The notes under the pieces: generated by a model
Seen by the model: the letters and a program-made list of their open reading frames with translations, nothing else
What the model was told of the DNA's origin: nothing
The model's database searches: none
Assembly: GCA_008369845.1 (NCBI GenBank)
Contig: MRSU01000696.1
Coordinates: 1 to 58,937 of the forward strand
DNA from: Trichomonas gallinae
Taxonomy: Eukaryota
Direction: 5' to 3'
DNA: 58,937 nt
In this document: positions 10,850 to 21,320 of the stretch, piece after piece
Numbering within the stretch: the first letter of the stretch is position 1
How the letters are laid out: every line of letters begins with the position of its first letter
Made by a program: the position numbers and the translations under genes

Positions 10850-11251
10850 ATGGTTGATCCAGCAGCACATAAGCCTATTGTTCATAAGAAGACAAATAGA
10901 TTCCACCGCCACCAGTCTGACCTTTGGAAGCGCGTTCCTTCTTCTTGGCGTCGCCCACACGGCCTCGACTGCCGCTTCCGCAGGAAATATCGTGGTGCCC
11001 CAATCCACCCAAGCATCGGCTTTGGATCTGACAAGGAAACAAGATATATGCTTCCATCAGGTTTCATCCCAGTCATCGTTCGTTCCCTTAAGGATCTCGA
11101 TATGCTCATCAACAAGAACACAACACACGGCGCTATGATCTCTCACCAGGTCGGCCAAAAGCTCCAGCAGGAAATCATCAAGAAGGCCCAGGAACTCAAG
11201 ATTGAGGTTCTTAACCCGGCCCGCAAGGTTGTTCAGCAGCAGAACCAGTAA
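10850..11251 (+). CDS. RPL32: 60S ribosomal protein L32 (eL32)
   Basis: IVHKKTNRFHRHQSD..KRV..SWRRPHGLDCRFRRKYRG....PSIGFGSDKETRYMLPSGF. ATG 10850 follows the CCTTT motif. Confidence 0.97.
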   Translation: MVDPAAHKPIVHKKTNRFHRHQSDLWKRVPSSWRRPHGLDCRFRRKYRGAPIHPSIGFGSDKETRYMLPSGFIPVIVRSLKDLDMLINKNTTHGAMISHQVGQKLQQEIIKKAQELKIEVLNPARKVVQQQNQ

Positions 11252-11333
11252 AAAATAGAATGCATATATGTACATTCATACTATAATAAAGGCTCTTTTT
11301 CAAAAAAAATCGTTTTTATAAAAAAAATACATT

Positions 11334-12155
11334 TTATTGCATAAACAGAGAAATAGCGATACCAAATGCTTGGCATAATGACAATGGGCCCTTTGCATTG
11401 ACAACAACAGACTTGTCGACTTGTTTTGCGGCGATAAAACAAGGCTCACTTTGGCCTTCGAATGCAAACGCGGCATTTTTCACCGATCGTACGTCGTATG
11501 TATGGTCTACGGGGTTAAGCTTCTGTGCATTCTTATCATGTAGAGTAAAATCGAAAACATCTTCGTTATCTGGTGTTATCCATAAATCTTTGCCTAAAAC
11601 AACTCGTTTTGTATCGCCGATATCTATTCCTGCTAAAACTGGACGGCAATGATCCGCTTGTCGTTCATTTGGACCGAATAAACTAAATGAAGATTTTGTT
11701 CGTTGTTTAATAAGAATGCCAACTAAATCTGGTGTATCTAGCGAATAGTTAAGAGCTCTCGATATGTACCATGTTGGTTTTAAGAATTTCATCTTGCGCT
11801 TAGCAACAAGTACAGTAAATCCTGATATTGATAGTATAAACTTGACTCCTTTGATGCCACGTACCCAAATGCGGTGTCTTTTTACTGCAAATTGGACTGA
11901 ATTTATTGGTGATAAAAACGGATCTGAATTAAACGTAAGGGGTGGTAATCCGAGCGATTCTAGATTTAGTTTTGCAGGAGATGGTGTTTCATATTCCTCT
12001 CCGACTTCGAAAGGATTATCTTCATCATCTTTTTGCTCAACTTCGGTTTTCAGCGGAAGTTTTGGCTTTTCTGGCTTCGGTGGCTCCTCAATCTCGCTTG
12101 AAGAGTCATAATCAGACGAATTCTGAGTAGGAAGACGAACTGCACCAATAGACAT
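11334..12155 (-). CDS. Tubby C-terminal domain-like protein
   Basis: VLVAKRK, YISR, RSVKNAAF, and terminal PLSLCQAFGIAISLF, matching the Tubby-type SVKNF / PLxxxQAFAIxL motifs. Confidence 0.75.
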   Translation of the reverse strand: MSIGAVRLPTQNSSDYDSSSEIEEPPKPEKPKLPLKTEVEQKDDEDNPFEVGEEYETPSPAKLNLESLGLPPLTFNSDPFLSPINSVQFAVKRHRIWVRGIKGVKFILSISGFTVLVAKRKMKFLKPTWYISRALNYSLDTPDLVGILIKQRTKSSFSLFGPNERQADHCRPVLAGIDIGDTKRVVLGKDLWITPDNEDVFDFTLHDKNAQKLNPVDHTYDVRSVKNAAFAFEGQSEPCFIAAKQVDKSVVVNAKGPLSLCQAFGIAISLFMQ

Positions 12156-12802
12156 TTTTAAATTTTATCTTAAGAGAATTCTAAACAGACACAAAGATTG
12201 CAAATCCATCTTAATATGATAATCAATTTCCACGTTTTTTTGTTACATTTTAAAATTTTCATGTTAAAAATCAATTATTTAAAAATTTTCGATAAAAAAT
12301 AGTTTAAAAAGCTGAATATTAAGAATTCATTAATTTTAAATAACTAGAACGATTTAATTATAGAACTAGATATAATAAATCTCTTCAAAAATCAAAAAAT
12401 ACTCGCTTTTATCCCAGATGTTATCAAAAACCATGATATGGTCATAAATCGTGACAAATCGCTTCATATTATTAATATAAGGCCAAGGTTTGAATATACA
12501 GACTGAACAACACTTGTGTTAAATAAAACATCTAAATAATGTGTTTTTATCACAGTAGCAAATGGATACAACAACCAATTGAACAGCAAAATATTTTCTC
12601 ACTTTTATAAACTTGATTGTTGGATTTGTTTCTATATTATTCAATAATATTTCATCAAAAAATCAAATACTGATTCCCAAAAAGCGTATGTTTGCTAAAA
12701 TGGGACTTATAAGCATGATAGTTAAGTTAAAAAAGCAAAAGAAGTAGTTTTAAAATAAGGTTAAAAGAATATTAAGGTTATTTGACACTTTTCCAAATAT
12801 CA

Positions 12803-13252
12803 ATGAGTAACAAACTCAGTGATTATGACAAACTGTGGATTTCACGCATTCTTGTTGACCTCTTCAAGTGGCCGTTAACGCAGCAATTCCGTCAGCCTGT
12901 TGATCCAGTGCGTGATGGAGTTGAGAACTATTTGGAAATCGTCAAAAACCCAGTAGATTTATCAACAATGAAAAAGAAGCTCAACGATGGTGTTTACAAG
13001 TCAGTACAACAATTTTCAGACGATATTCACTTAATGTATCAAAATTCGCTCCAATTCAACGGAAATGGCTCCATGCTCACATATATTGCTGCAGACATCG
13101 AAAAATGGTATCAATCTCGCTTAAAAGTCAAAGGAAACAATATCGAAGAAGAATGGAAAAATAAATTATTCGAAGTAATCGAAAAACTTAACGAACATAA
13201 GAAATTCAATCCATCTGAACGATTACCGTTATCAGCAGTCGCTGACAATTGA
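12803..13252 (+). CDS. Bromodomain-containing protein
   Basis: FRQPVDP...ENYLEIVKNPVDLSTMKKKL....Y.S...F.DDIHLMYQNS..FNG. First ATG at 12803. Confidence 0.92.
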   Translation: MSNKLSDYDKLWISRILVDLFKWPLTQQFRQPVDPVRDGVENYLEIVKNPVDLSTMKKKLNDGVYKSVQQFSDDIHLMYQNSLQFNGNGSMLTYIAADIEKWYQSRLKVKGNNIEEEWKNKLFEVIEKLNEHKKFNPSERLPLSAVADN

Positions 13253-13418
13253 TTGTTAAATAAATAATATTAGATTGTTTTTAAATTTCACCAAATAAAG
13301 ACTATATTTTAAAAAGACTATACTATATTAGATAATATGTTATATTATCATTCAAAGAAAAAGAAAATAATTTTTTTGTTGAATCAAATAAGAGCAGCAA
13401 ATAAATAATCTTTAGTAT

Positions 13419-15029
13419 TTAAGCCTCTTCCTCTTCCTCATCCTCTTCTTCGAATTCATATTCGTATTCTTCTTGCTTTTCGCTCTGCTCAGCAACTTTA
13501 GATGCTGACTGCGAAACAGACTTCTCCTCTGGCTCTGGATCGACGGCTTCTGGAATTTCCTGGCGGTGTGTGTGGCTGTGGCGGTGCTTCTTACCTCTAA
13601 TTGGGCAAACTTCTTCGAGCTTCTCTTCGAGGTCGTTAATTCTCTTCTCTGCTTCGGCGACTTCACGAGGATCGACATCCATCTGGCAATCTGGACCAGC
13701 TTCGAAAATCTTGAATCTGTTTTCGGACTTTCTAAGGTATTCATCAAGTCTGAGCTTGTCCTTGACGATCTTAGCGGCCATGAGTCCGCGTGCATCGAGG
13801 AGTTCCTCCTGAACCTTGTTGAGGTGGAGCTCGATTTCGTCGAACTGTGTTCTGTAGTCTTCGATCTTCTCCTTGGTGCCGGCTGGAAGCGGTGGAAGAG
13901 CGTTCATGCACTGGTCGAGTCTATCCTTGGCTTCGGCGAGCATGTCGTTGAGAACGTCCTTCTCGTGGTCTGCGTCGTCCTGGATCATTGCGAATGCCTT
14001 CATCTTGCCCTCTTCGAGTGTTCTTGTGAGGTTGAGCTGTGCTGTCTTAAGGAGCTCTTCGTTGGATGGAGCGGAATGAGCGCGCTTGACAGACTGGACG
14101 AGCGCCTTCTGCTGCCACTCGAGGACGCTGAGCAAGTCATCAATTGTGTCTTGCTGCTCCTTAAGTGTTGAGCGGGCGCGATCAAGATCGTATTTACGCT
14201 TCTCGTTGATTTCTGTCTTCAGTGTTGATCTCTTATCCTTGCCTGGGTTCATCTGGCCGTATTCGACAGCTGTAGCAGAGTTAGCTGTGCTTCTTCTGAA
14301 TGATTCGCGGATAAGCTTAATGTTTGAGTTTGCGTTCTTGCTGATTGAGCTCATTGAAGCTGAAGCGAAGAAGTTGATGTTCTGCTCGTGAATGTCTGGC
14401 TGGCAGAAGATCTTGCTGTATTCGGCATCTGTAAGTGTGTCAAAGTCGATGCGGAGGATGAGTGGGACAGCCTGAGCTGGGTTCTTGGCGAAAACCTTGA
14501 ACTCGAATGGCTTGAGATCCTTAACATCGAAGCCGAGAGCTTCGGCAGCATCAATGCAGCGGTAGATGATGTACATTGGGAGGTCGAGCATGCGGTCATC
14601 CTCAAGGCACTCGGCAAGGATATGGCCGACTGCTTCGATTTCGTCGAGTGGGTCGTTGTCATCATCCTTATTCTGGACAGCGTCAATGAGATCTGTAACA
14701 GCCTGGATTGGGTCGATCTGCTGCTCGTTTTCGATTGATTCTCTTGCCTTTTCAACGATCTTTGGGGCTTCCCACTCCTCAGCGAGCTCAAGAACGCCTT
14801 GTCTGAGGTATGGCTGGCATGCGTAGCCTAAGCCCTGGGCGGCGGACATGAATGTGAGGAAGACGCGCGGATCGTACTTAAGATCTTCAATTACAAGTCC
14901 TTCTGGGTTTTCTTTCCAGAGGGTCTTGAACTTGCCGGAGAATTTGGAGACAACTGTTGGGTCAACGTTTAATATAATTGAGCCATATTGGACAGTATAT
15001 GGTTGTGGAGCAGTAGGAATCTCACTCAT
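13419..15029 (-). CDS. Hypothetical protein, possible BTB/POZ-like N-terminus plus coiled coil and acidic tail
   Basis: 536-aa ORF with strong C-ending codon bias. N-terminal VDP.VVSKFSGKF...VLELAEEWEAP is BTB-like. Heptad-rich C-terminal half. Confidence 0.8.
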   Translation of the reverse strand: MSEIPTAPQPYTVQYGSIILNVDPTVVSKFSGKFKTLWKENPEGLVIEDLKYDPRVFLTFMSAAQGLGYACQPYLRQGVLELAEEWEAPKIVEKARESIENEQQIDPIQAVTDLIDAVQNKDDDNDPLDEIEAVGHILAECLEDDRMLDLPMYIIYRCIDAAEALGFDVKDLKPFEFKVFAKNPAQAVPLILRIDFDTLTDAEYSKIFCQPDIHEQNINFFASASMSSISKNANSNIKLIRESFRRSTANSATAVEYGQMNPGKDKRSTLKTEINEKRKYDLDRARSTLKEQQDTIDDLLSVLEWQQKALVQSVKRAHSAPSNEELLKTAQLNLTRTLEEGKMKAFAMIQDDADHEKDVLNDMLAEAKDRLDQCMNALPPLPAGTKEKIEDYRTQFDEIELHLNKVQEELLDARGLMAAKIVKDKLRLDEYLRKSENRFKIFEAGPDCQMDVDPREVAEAEKRINDLEEKLEEVCPIRGKKHRHSHTHRQEIPEAVDPEPEEKSVSQSASKVAEQSEKQEEYEYEFEEEDEEEEEA

Positions 15030-15542
15030 ATGATTTTTCTGTTAATTTGCAAAATTGAATGAAAACGGCATCTATCGGCCTTACACTTATATCGTCTTGC
15101 GTTACTTTACAAATCAGAAATCTCAATTTACACGTCATAAATAATTTTACATGTCAAAATCTATTTTCGCATCATTACTATAGTTTTGATAATTTTGCTC
15201 ATCAAAACTGTTTTTCACACATTCATTAGTGAATATTTTTTTGGTGAACAACATCTCAATAATATTAATATCATTTTTTGTTCTCGATTTGTGTCTATTC
15301 ATCCTAAGGAAGTTCATCGAAAAAACTCCTCTATTTTGGTAGTTTTGCTCGTTATATCTGTTCCCCTTTAAAATGTTTTTGATATTAATGCTGTCTTTGA
15401 CATGTACACATGTATATTCCATCCTAAAAGTATCTGCAGAAAAGTCTAATTTATATTTAATGAATAAGCATTGAAGTATTTTTTTTTTAAATTGAAAGTT
15501 TAAATAAATACACTAATATAAATAACAAATAAAACAGATTAA

Positions 15543-18113
15543 TTAAAGAGCTATAAGATCATTTCCTGTAGTAACGCAATATTCATTATCAGACTGATTT
15601 GACTGAACTTTAACGAAAACGTGCGGCTTTGCTGTTTTCAGAACAATGCCTGAGAAAGTGTTCGTTTTGTGCTTCACGATGTCGCCATCGTACAGCCTAA
15701 CTCCATTCGATGACATAGTTTTCCCGTCTGACTTCAACTTCATCTTAACCTGGTTTACGTCAGTCTCAACTACTCCATTTAGCGTTAAAACACTGATTTT
15801 GTCAGATCTGACATTCATAACACAGGCAACTCTTAAGTCTTTGAGGAGAACCAGCTCATGTACATGCGGATGTATTATTTCTTCGCGGTCTGCAGTCATC
15901 GCTTTCAGAAGAGAGTTGTCTATGACGGTTATTGCTGATGGAATCAAACAGTTATAAGTGTTTTTGTTATCTTTCTGCTGAATGTCGATGATAATTGCTG
16001 GCGTTTTTGTGGTGAAGCTACTGACAATGACTTTAGCACCAAATGCAAACCCAGTTGATGGTTGAGTTTGAGGCATAACGTCTGTTATTTTAGTTTGAAT
16101 TTGATTAGTTTGCTTTGGCTGTTGTGGCATTGGAGTAGGGTTCTGGATAGGTGCTTGCGGTGGTAAAGGCTGTGGCATAGCCATTTGATTTTGTTGAATC
16201 ATATTATAGTTCGTCATCTGATTTTGCATCATTTGCATTTGGATATAAGGATTATATTGCATATTGTAATACATATTAGGCGGATACCTGTTCATTGCGT
16301 TCTGATTAAATTGCTGTTGATACGGCTGCGCTTGAGGTTGCATAGCTGGTTGAGTTTGTATTCTGGCTGATACTTGAGTATTCTGAACATTTTGTGGAGC
16401 TTGCATAGCTGGTTGATGTTGGAAATTTTGTACATTTCGGGTGTTTTGAGGATATTGAGGAATGCTTTGAGGAGTCTGCACTGATCTTGGAGCAGGTGCA
16501 GTATCTCTCGGTGCGATGTTCGTTTGTTCAAAAGCAATGGGATTAAATAATTGGTCACTTGAATCGTTGTCGTGATCAGAAAGTTCATTGCTTGGATCTC
16601 CAATGTCAATGTGAATCTCATCTTCTTGTACGTCCGAGAAACCGTCTTCAAATCCAAGTTTCATTGATGGCGGGTCCGACAACAATGGATCTTGCTTGTT
16701 ATGCGTCTTTGGAGGTAACAAGTGGCTATTTTTAGTGAAGTACTCATTGATAATGTTTTTCAATGAATTAGGAACTCTTGTTGAGTCATATTTCATACTT
16801 GCTCCTTTAAATTTCGGCTTCTCGAAGTTTGATGGGTTGAGTATAAGCGTGTAATCAAAGTTTTCTTTGAAATAAAGATAAGTATCGCATATTATTCTGT
16901 TGAAAACATTGAATTTTTCTCTAATTTTGCTTCTAATTGCTTTAATTGCGGCTTTGGTTAAAGGATCTAGTGTAGAATTCTCTGTAGAAACAAGAATCTG
17001 ATACTGTTGCTTATAATATTCGCAAAATTCTTTGAATGATAAAATAAATTTATTGAGATTATCAATCAATTTGTCTTTGGATGCAAAAATTGCTTTCAAA
17101 TTGTTGCTTAGCACCGATAACTCTTTGATGAATAGCTCTTCTATTAATACAACTTTCTTATCAAGAATTACTTCAGTTTGAGGTGGTTCAACAGGTGGTG
17201 GAGATGGTGAGTTGACTCGCGGATGCTCTATTTGCTTGAATAATGACTCTTGAACTGTGTTTAACTCAACTTCATCATCATATTCACTTGATGAGCTTTT
17301 TTCATTGACAATTCCAGGGTTCTTGCAACCAAAGAACATATTCTTTTCGTATGGTGTTAAGTTTGCACTCCAAGTTTTTATAGTGTTTAGTGGAACTTTC
17401 GTTAAAATAAATTTTCCAATAATTTTAAAACCGTGAAATAAGTGACCATGAAAAAATTTCGTTTTGTCGAAGCTTGAAAAGAACTTTTCGCGCCTATTTT
17501 GAATCGTAGAGTGCTCAAAAACTTTAGAAGTCATATAATTTGGAATATCATGAAATGATTTTTCTATTTCGTTTAATGTAGTTAAGCATATTGCCTTTTT
17601 CTTTTGAAAATTTATATCTAAAACCAAAGCAGGCGAGTTATAATATGGAGGAGATGTGATTCTAACGAGACTTCGATCACGATAGTCTTTTTCAGTATGA
17701 AATCTAGTAATAATACAAAAATTGTTGATTACGAACGGTGAATATATACGTTCTGGTCGATAAGTTTGCAAAAATTTAAGATCTTCTATCTCTGATTCTG
17801 TTTCAATAACAGTTTTATGCTGCATAGATGGTACTGAAAAGCAAGCAGTTAACTTTACTGAACTTTGCTGTTGAATAATTTTTTGGTAGAATTCTTCAAG
17901 ATCGTCTGATATGATATAAAAGTATGAATTATCTATTTTTTGCAACAACTCATGCTGGTATATATATAAATTTAGAATTGGATCAGCTGTCGAAAAAATC
18001 GAATATTTTCCAATATTTGCTATCATATCTTGATATTTATTTCGCGAATACGCTTCATTTATTAAATTCTGATGGAAATTTGATGAAGTGATCCGAGATA
18101 TCAGCTTATCCAT
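15543..18113 (-). CDS. Divergent Spt5-like (KOW-domain) protein with large low-complexity insertion
   Basis: KOW1-like SLVRITSPPYYNSPALV...KVPLNTIKTWSANLTPYEKNMF. C-terminal KOW-like blocks FAFGAKVIV, HELVLLKDLRVACVMNVRSDKISVLTLNG, NGVRLYDGDIVKH...GIVLKTAKPHVFV. Confidence 0.65.
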   Translation of the reverse strand: MDKLISRITSSNFHQNLINEAYSRNKYQDMIANIGKYSIFSTADPILNLYIYQHELLQKIDNSYFYIISDDLEEFYQKIIQQQSSVKLTACFSVPSMQHKTVIETESEIEDLKFLQTYRPERIYSPFVINNFCIITRFHTEKDYRDRSLVRITSPPYYNSPALVLDINFQKKKAICLTTLNEIEKSFHDIPNYMTSKVFEHSTIQNRREKFFSSFDKTKFFHGHLFHGFKIIGKFILTKVPLNTIKTWSANLTPYEKNMFFGCKNPGIVNEKSSSSEYDDEVELNTVQESLFKQIEHPRVNSPSPPPVEPPQTEVILDKKVVLIEELFIKELSVLSNNLKAIFASKDKLIDNLNKFILSFKEFCEYYKQQYQILVSTENSTLDPLTKAAIKAIRSKIREKFNVFNRIICDTYLYFKENFDYTLILNPSNFEKPKFKGASMKYDSTRVPNSLKNIINEYFTKNSHLLPPKTHNKQDPLLSDPPSMKLGFEDGFSDVQEDEIHIDIGDPSNELSDHDNDSSDQLFNPIAFEQTNIAPRDTAPAPRSVQTPQSIPQYPQNTRNVQNFQHQPAMQAPQNVQNTQVSARIQTQPAMQPQAQPYQQQFNQNAMNRYPPNMYYNMQYNPYIQMQMMQNQMTNYNMIQQNQMAMPQPLPPQAPIQNPTPMPQQPKQTNQIQTKITDVMPQTQPSTGFAFGAKVIVSSFTTKTPAIIIDIQQKDNKNTYNCLIPSAITVIDNSLLKAMTADREEIIHPHVHELVLLKDLRVACVMNVRSDKISVLTLNGVVETDVNQVKMKLKSDGKTMSSNGVRLYDGDIVKHKTNTFSGIVLKTAKPHVFVKVQSNQSDNEYCVTTGNDLIAL

Positions 18114-18196
18114 TCAAGAATTGCAGATATTATAAACTTAGACGAATCTGTCACTTTTGTTATTTACACGTCAAAAATGCAATGTAAATATATCAA

Positions 18197-18329
18197 TTCT
18201 GAACAAAATGACACAAATATGACACGTAAACCAGCATTGTTCTGACAAAAAATTACACACAAAAATGACAATTTACATGACATATTTTATTATTTTCTGA
18301 ATAAAATGACACAAATATGACACGTAAAC
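18197..18329 (+). repeat. 35-bp direct repeat (18197-18231, 18295-18329) in a divergent promoter, each ending in TGACACGTAAAC
   Basis: TTCTGAA(C/T)AAAATGACACAAATATGACACGTAAAC, one mismatch between copies. Confidence 0.9.
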
Positions 18330-18620
18330 TAATATAATCATTAAGACAAAATAGAGCAAGAACTTGAGACTGAATATACTCCACTCACCCATAATTTAGT
18401 TGCTGGATTCCATGGTAATAGTGATGATGATGAAGAAGAACAAATTTTAATACCAGATGATGTTATTGAGTTATTTAAAACGTTTATTAATGATTTACAT
18501 CAAATTCCAATACTAGAAACATACGATCCACAAACAGTACAAACATACACAGAGATTTTTAATAATTTTATCAAATTTATTAATGATTTTGGATTCACTT
18601 CTTGTATTTTTCTTACTGAC

Positions 18621-19790
18621 ATGGAAGCGCATCAATATATTTATTCACTTTACTTAAATACACAAGAACCAGAAATAATAGCACTTTGCTGCAGGTATTT
18701 TGTTGAATTTACAATGTATTTTAAAGAAGTTGAAAATTTTGCCTGCGAGGAGTTTTTACTCAAGTTAGAAGGTACAATTATGTCAACTGATCCGATTATA
18801 TCTAGTAATTCAATTTCGATATTACATAATATTTTAACATCTAAGGCTTCTTTCAATGCTATGAACTGTGACATTCTACATTCAGCAATTGAATTCACCC
18901 CAGATAATGATCCTGAAGAAAAACTGTATTTACAAAGATTTTTACTAAAATACGAATTATCTGAAGAAGAAATCCTTGATTCTATTCGATTGATTGCAGG
19001 AATTTTAATAGAAAATCAAGATGACGAAAATATACAGATCAACGCTGTTAAATTGCTTCATCAAATCTCAAATGTTGCTCCAATGAAGCCAGAAATCTGG
19101 AATAAGGTAGAAGAGATGTTCTCTGAGGATATCATCATAGAATTAACACACTATCTAACAAACGAAATGACTTGCATCGAAGCTGCAGCATTTTTAGCAA
19201 AACTCGCAATATTTGACATAAAAACAGACTTAATTATAGAAAGAATAGGCTACAGACTCGAGATTATCATCAACACTGTCATGGACACACGCGAGAGATA
19301 CGCATGCTTGTTATTCTACTGGAGCATCCTCAAATACAAAGGGCTCATTCCTCCACCTGAAACTGTACATAGGATATATGACTTTCTTGACATTGGCGTT
19401 TTGAAGGAACAGATTCTGGCTATCAAGTACATCTTCCTTGTGATACTCAACACACCAGATTTCACGCGTGGTGTGATGTTCGCAGATTCGTCGATGGAGT
19501 CGTTGGATCTAAGCGTTTTTGGGATGCATCTGATCGAGAAAGCTTTTGACGTCTTCAGCAATGGTTCGCTTGACACCGAATCCATTGAGATAATATCGCG
19601 TGGCGTGAGCTACTTAATATATCACCATAATGAGCTGATTGAGGAGATTATCAATGATGATTTTCTTTATGATCAGTTTGTTGAGTTTTCAGAAAATTCA
19701 ACTTTGATTAGAAATGACACAGCTTATGAATCATTTAGAGATGTTGCTATGCTAATAGTGCAGCGCAGAGAACAAATAGAAAAAGAATAA
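18621..19790 (+). CDS. Hypothetical alpha-helical (ARM/HEAT-like) protein; frame is open upstream to 18345
   Basis: 389-aa ORF from the first ATG, with an amphipathic helical pattern. In-frame stop-free extension of 90 codons to ATA at 18351. Confidence 0.75.
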   Translation: MEAHQYIYSLYLNTQEPEIIALCCRYFVEFTMYFKEVENFACEEFLLKLEGTIMSTDPIISSNSISILHNILTSKASFNAMNCDILHSAIEFTPDNDPEEKLYLQRFLLKYELSEEEILDSIRLIAGILIENQDDENIQINAVKLLHQISNVAPMKPEIWNKVEEMFSEDIIIELTHYLTNEMTCIEAAAFLAKLAIFDIKTDLIIERIGYRLEIIINTVMDTRERYACLLFYWSILKYKGLIPPPETVHRIYDFLDIGVLKEQILAIKYIFLVILNTPDFTRGVMFADSSMESLDLSVFGMHLIEKAFDVFSNGSLDTESIEIISRGVSYLIYHHNELIEEIINDDFLYDQFVEFSENSTLIRNDTAYESFRDVAMLIVQRREQIEKE

Positions 19791-20240
19791 TATATTTTTT
19801 TTTGTAATTATCTGTAAAATACCTACATATATGTAGCATTCACATTTTCCAATATAATTTTGGTCAAATACAAATTTATTCATCAAAAATTTCGATCAAA
19901 TTCAAAATATGTAATAAACAGTTATGAAGTTAATTATACATGACAAATTGTCATATTTAGGGGATATTTGTATAGTTTACATGTCAATATACATCACTTT
20001 TTGTCAAAAATTTTACAAAACTCGATTTTTTATAAAAATCGCCTTTTCCAGACGTTTTTGCCACTATCTTAGTGTTTATTAATTTTATGGAAAGTACATA
20101 GAGTTTAGGGGCCACATTAAGGCAACTAGTATATATCTAGATAAAATTTTTAATTTGACAAATAAAATTTTTACACGTCAAAATAATAGACCCTAATATG
20201 TTCAGATTGAAAAGGAGTAAATCCCCTGCAATGAATTTTG

Positions 20241-21050
20241 ATGAATAACTCTTATGGGCCTTTTAGCAGGAAAAATTTGATGCCCAGTGTTGACGAATAC
20301 CCTCGTACGCCACAGCCAGCCAAGCGCTCGATGACAGATGAGGAATTGATCAATGTAACGTTGGACGATATAGCAAAAACAACAACAAAAATTGATGAAG
20401 TTTCAGCAGAAAACGCTCAGGCACACATAAGATGCATGAAACTTCAACATACACTCGCGTCTGTTACGAAAGCTTTAGAAAAAAATATCGATTGCATTCA
20501 AAAAGTGTGCGAAAATCAAGAATCTGAAAATGAAAAGCTTAGAGATATTGTATCTAAAAAAGTGAAGTGTGCAGAAAAGGTACAAGCGCTTATTAACAAA
20601 TGTTCGCTAGCAGGAATCGATGTATATTCGATTCCAGGACTTGATCATGATACTTTGGCACAGTATTTCGATATTCCAGAGCCTGTAGACTTCAATTCTC
20701 GCATGGATCCGGTTGTTCGCTCTATCGTCGAATCTTATCCAATTTTCAAGGAGTGTGAATCAAACAAAGACTTCATTAAAAAGTGCCGAGACATCAGAGA
20801 AGAGATTGACCGAGCTGACCAGCAGAGGAAACAAAAGATACGATCAGATGATCCAAACGAAATCATGGCGTTGAGAAAACAGTTAGCTATTCTCCAACAA
20901 TCAAACAGTGCTACGCAGGCAAGAATGGCAAAGGAATTAAACACTTTGCTCGAACAAAAATCTGAATTACATAACAGATTGGCGGGAATGCGAAAAGTAA
21001 AGCAAAGCCACTCTGCTGGATCATCAATGATATTCAATTCACCATTATAA
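20241..21050 (+). CDS. Hypothetical coiled-coil protein
   Basis: ~269-aa ORF with heptad-rich segments. Start uncertain (ATG 20241 or 20280). Confidence 0.75.
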   Translation: MNNSYGPFSRKNLMPSVDEYPRTPQPAKRSMTDEELINVTLDDIAKTTTKIDEVSAENAQAHIRCMKLQHTLASVTKALEKNIDCIQKVCENQESENEKLRDIVSKKVKCAEKVQALINKCSLAGIDVYSIPGLDHDTLAQYFDIPEPVDFNSRMDPVVRSIVESYPIFKECESNKDFIKKCRDIREEIDRADQQRKQKIRSDDPNEIMALRKQLAILQQSNSATQARMAKELNTLLEQKSELHNRLAGMRKVKQSHSAGSSMIFNSPL

Positions 21051-21239
21051 TCATAATTTTACCGAAATTATTTTTGAATTAATTTTTTTGAGCGATATAT
21101 ACCATGAATTGTTTATTTTTAAAACATTTAAGAAAATAATTTATTAAACACATATGTTTCAAATCTTATCATTTCTACAAAAATGATTAATATCAAATCC
21201 TATTCTTTAAGAATAATCGCCCAAATCATCAGGAATAGG

Positions 21240-21320
21240 CAAGAACCACCAATTTTGTGATGGCTTCATCACTCTTATATATTGCAGCCATAAATAATGG
21301 AGTGTCACCGTCGCTGTCTG
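21240..21320 (-). pseudogene. Decayed ankyrin-repeat gene fragment
   Basis: Minus strand 21318-21280 translates DSDGDTPLFMAAI (ankyrin DxxGxTPLxxAA), followed at once by stops. Confidence 0.55.

Noticed and set aside
13412..14826. Many overlapping 60-200 aa ORFs
   Set aside because: By-product of strong codon bias in the 13419..15029 gene, with no independent motifs.
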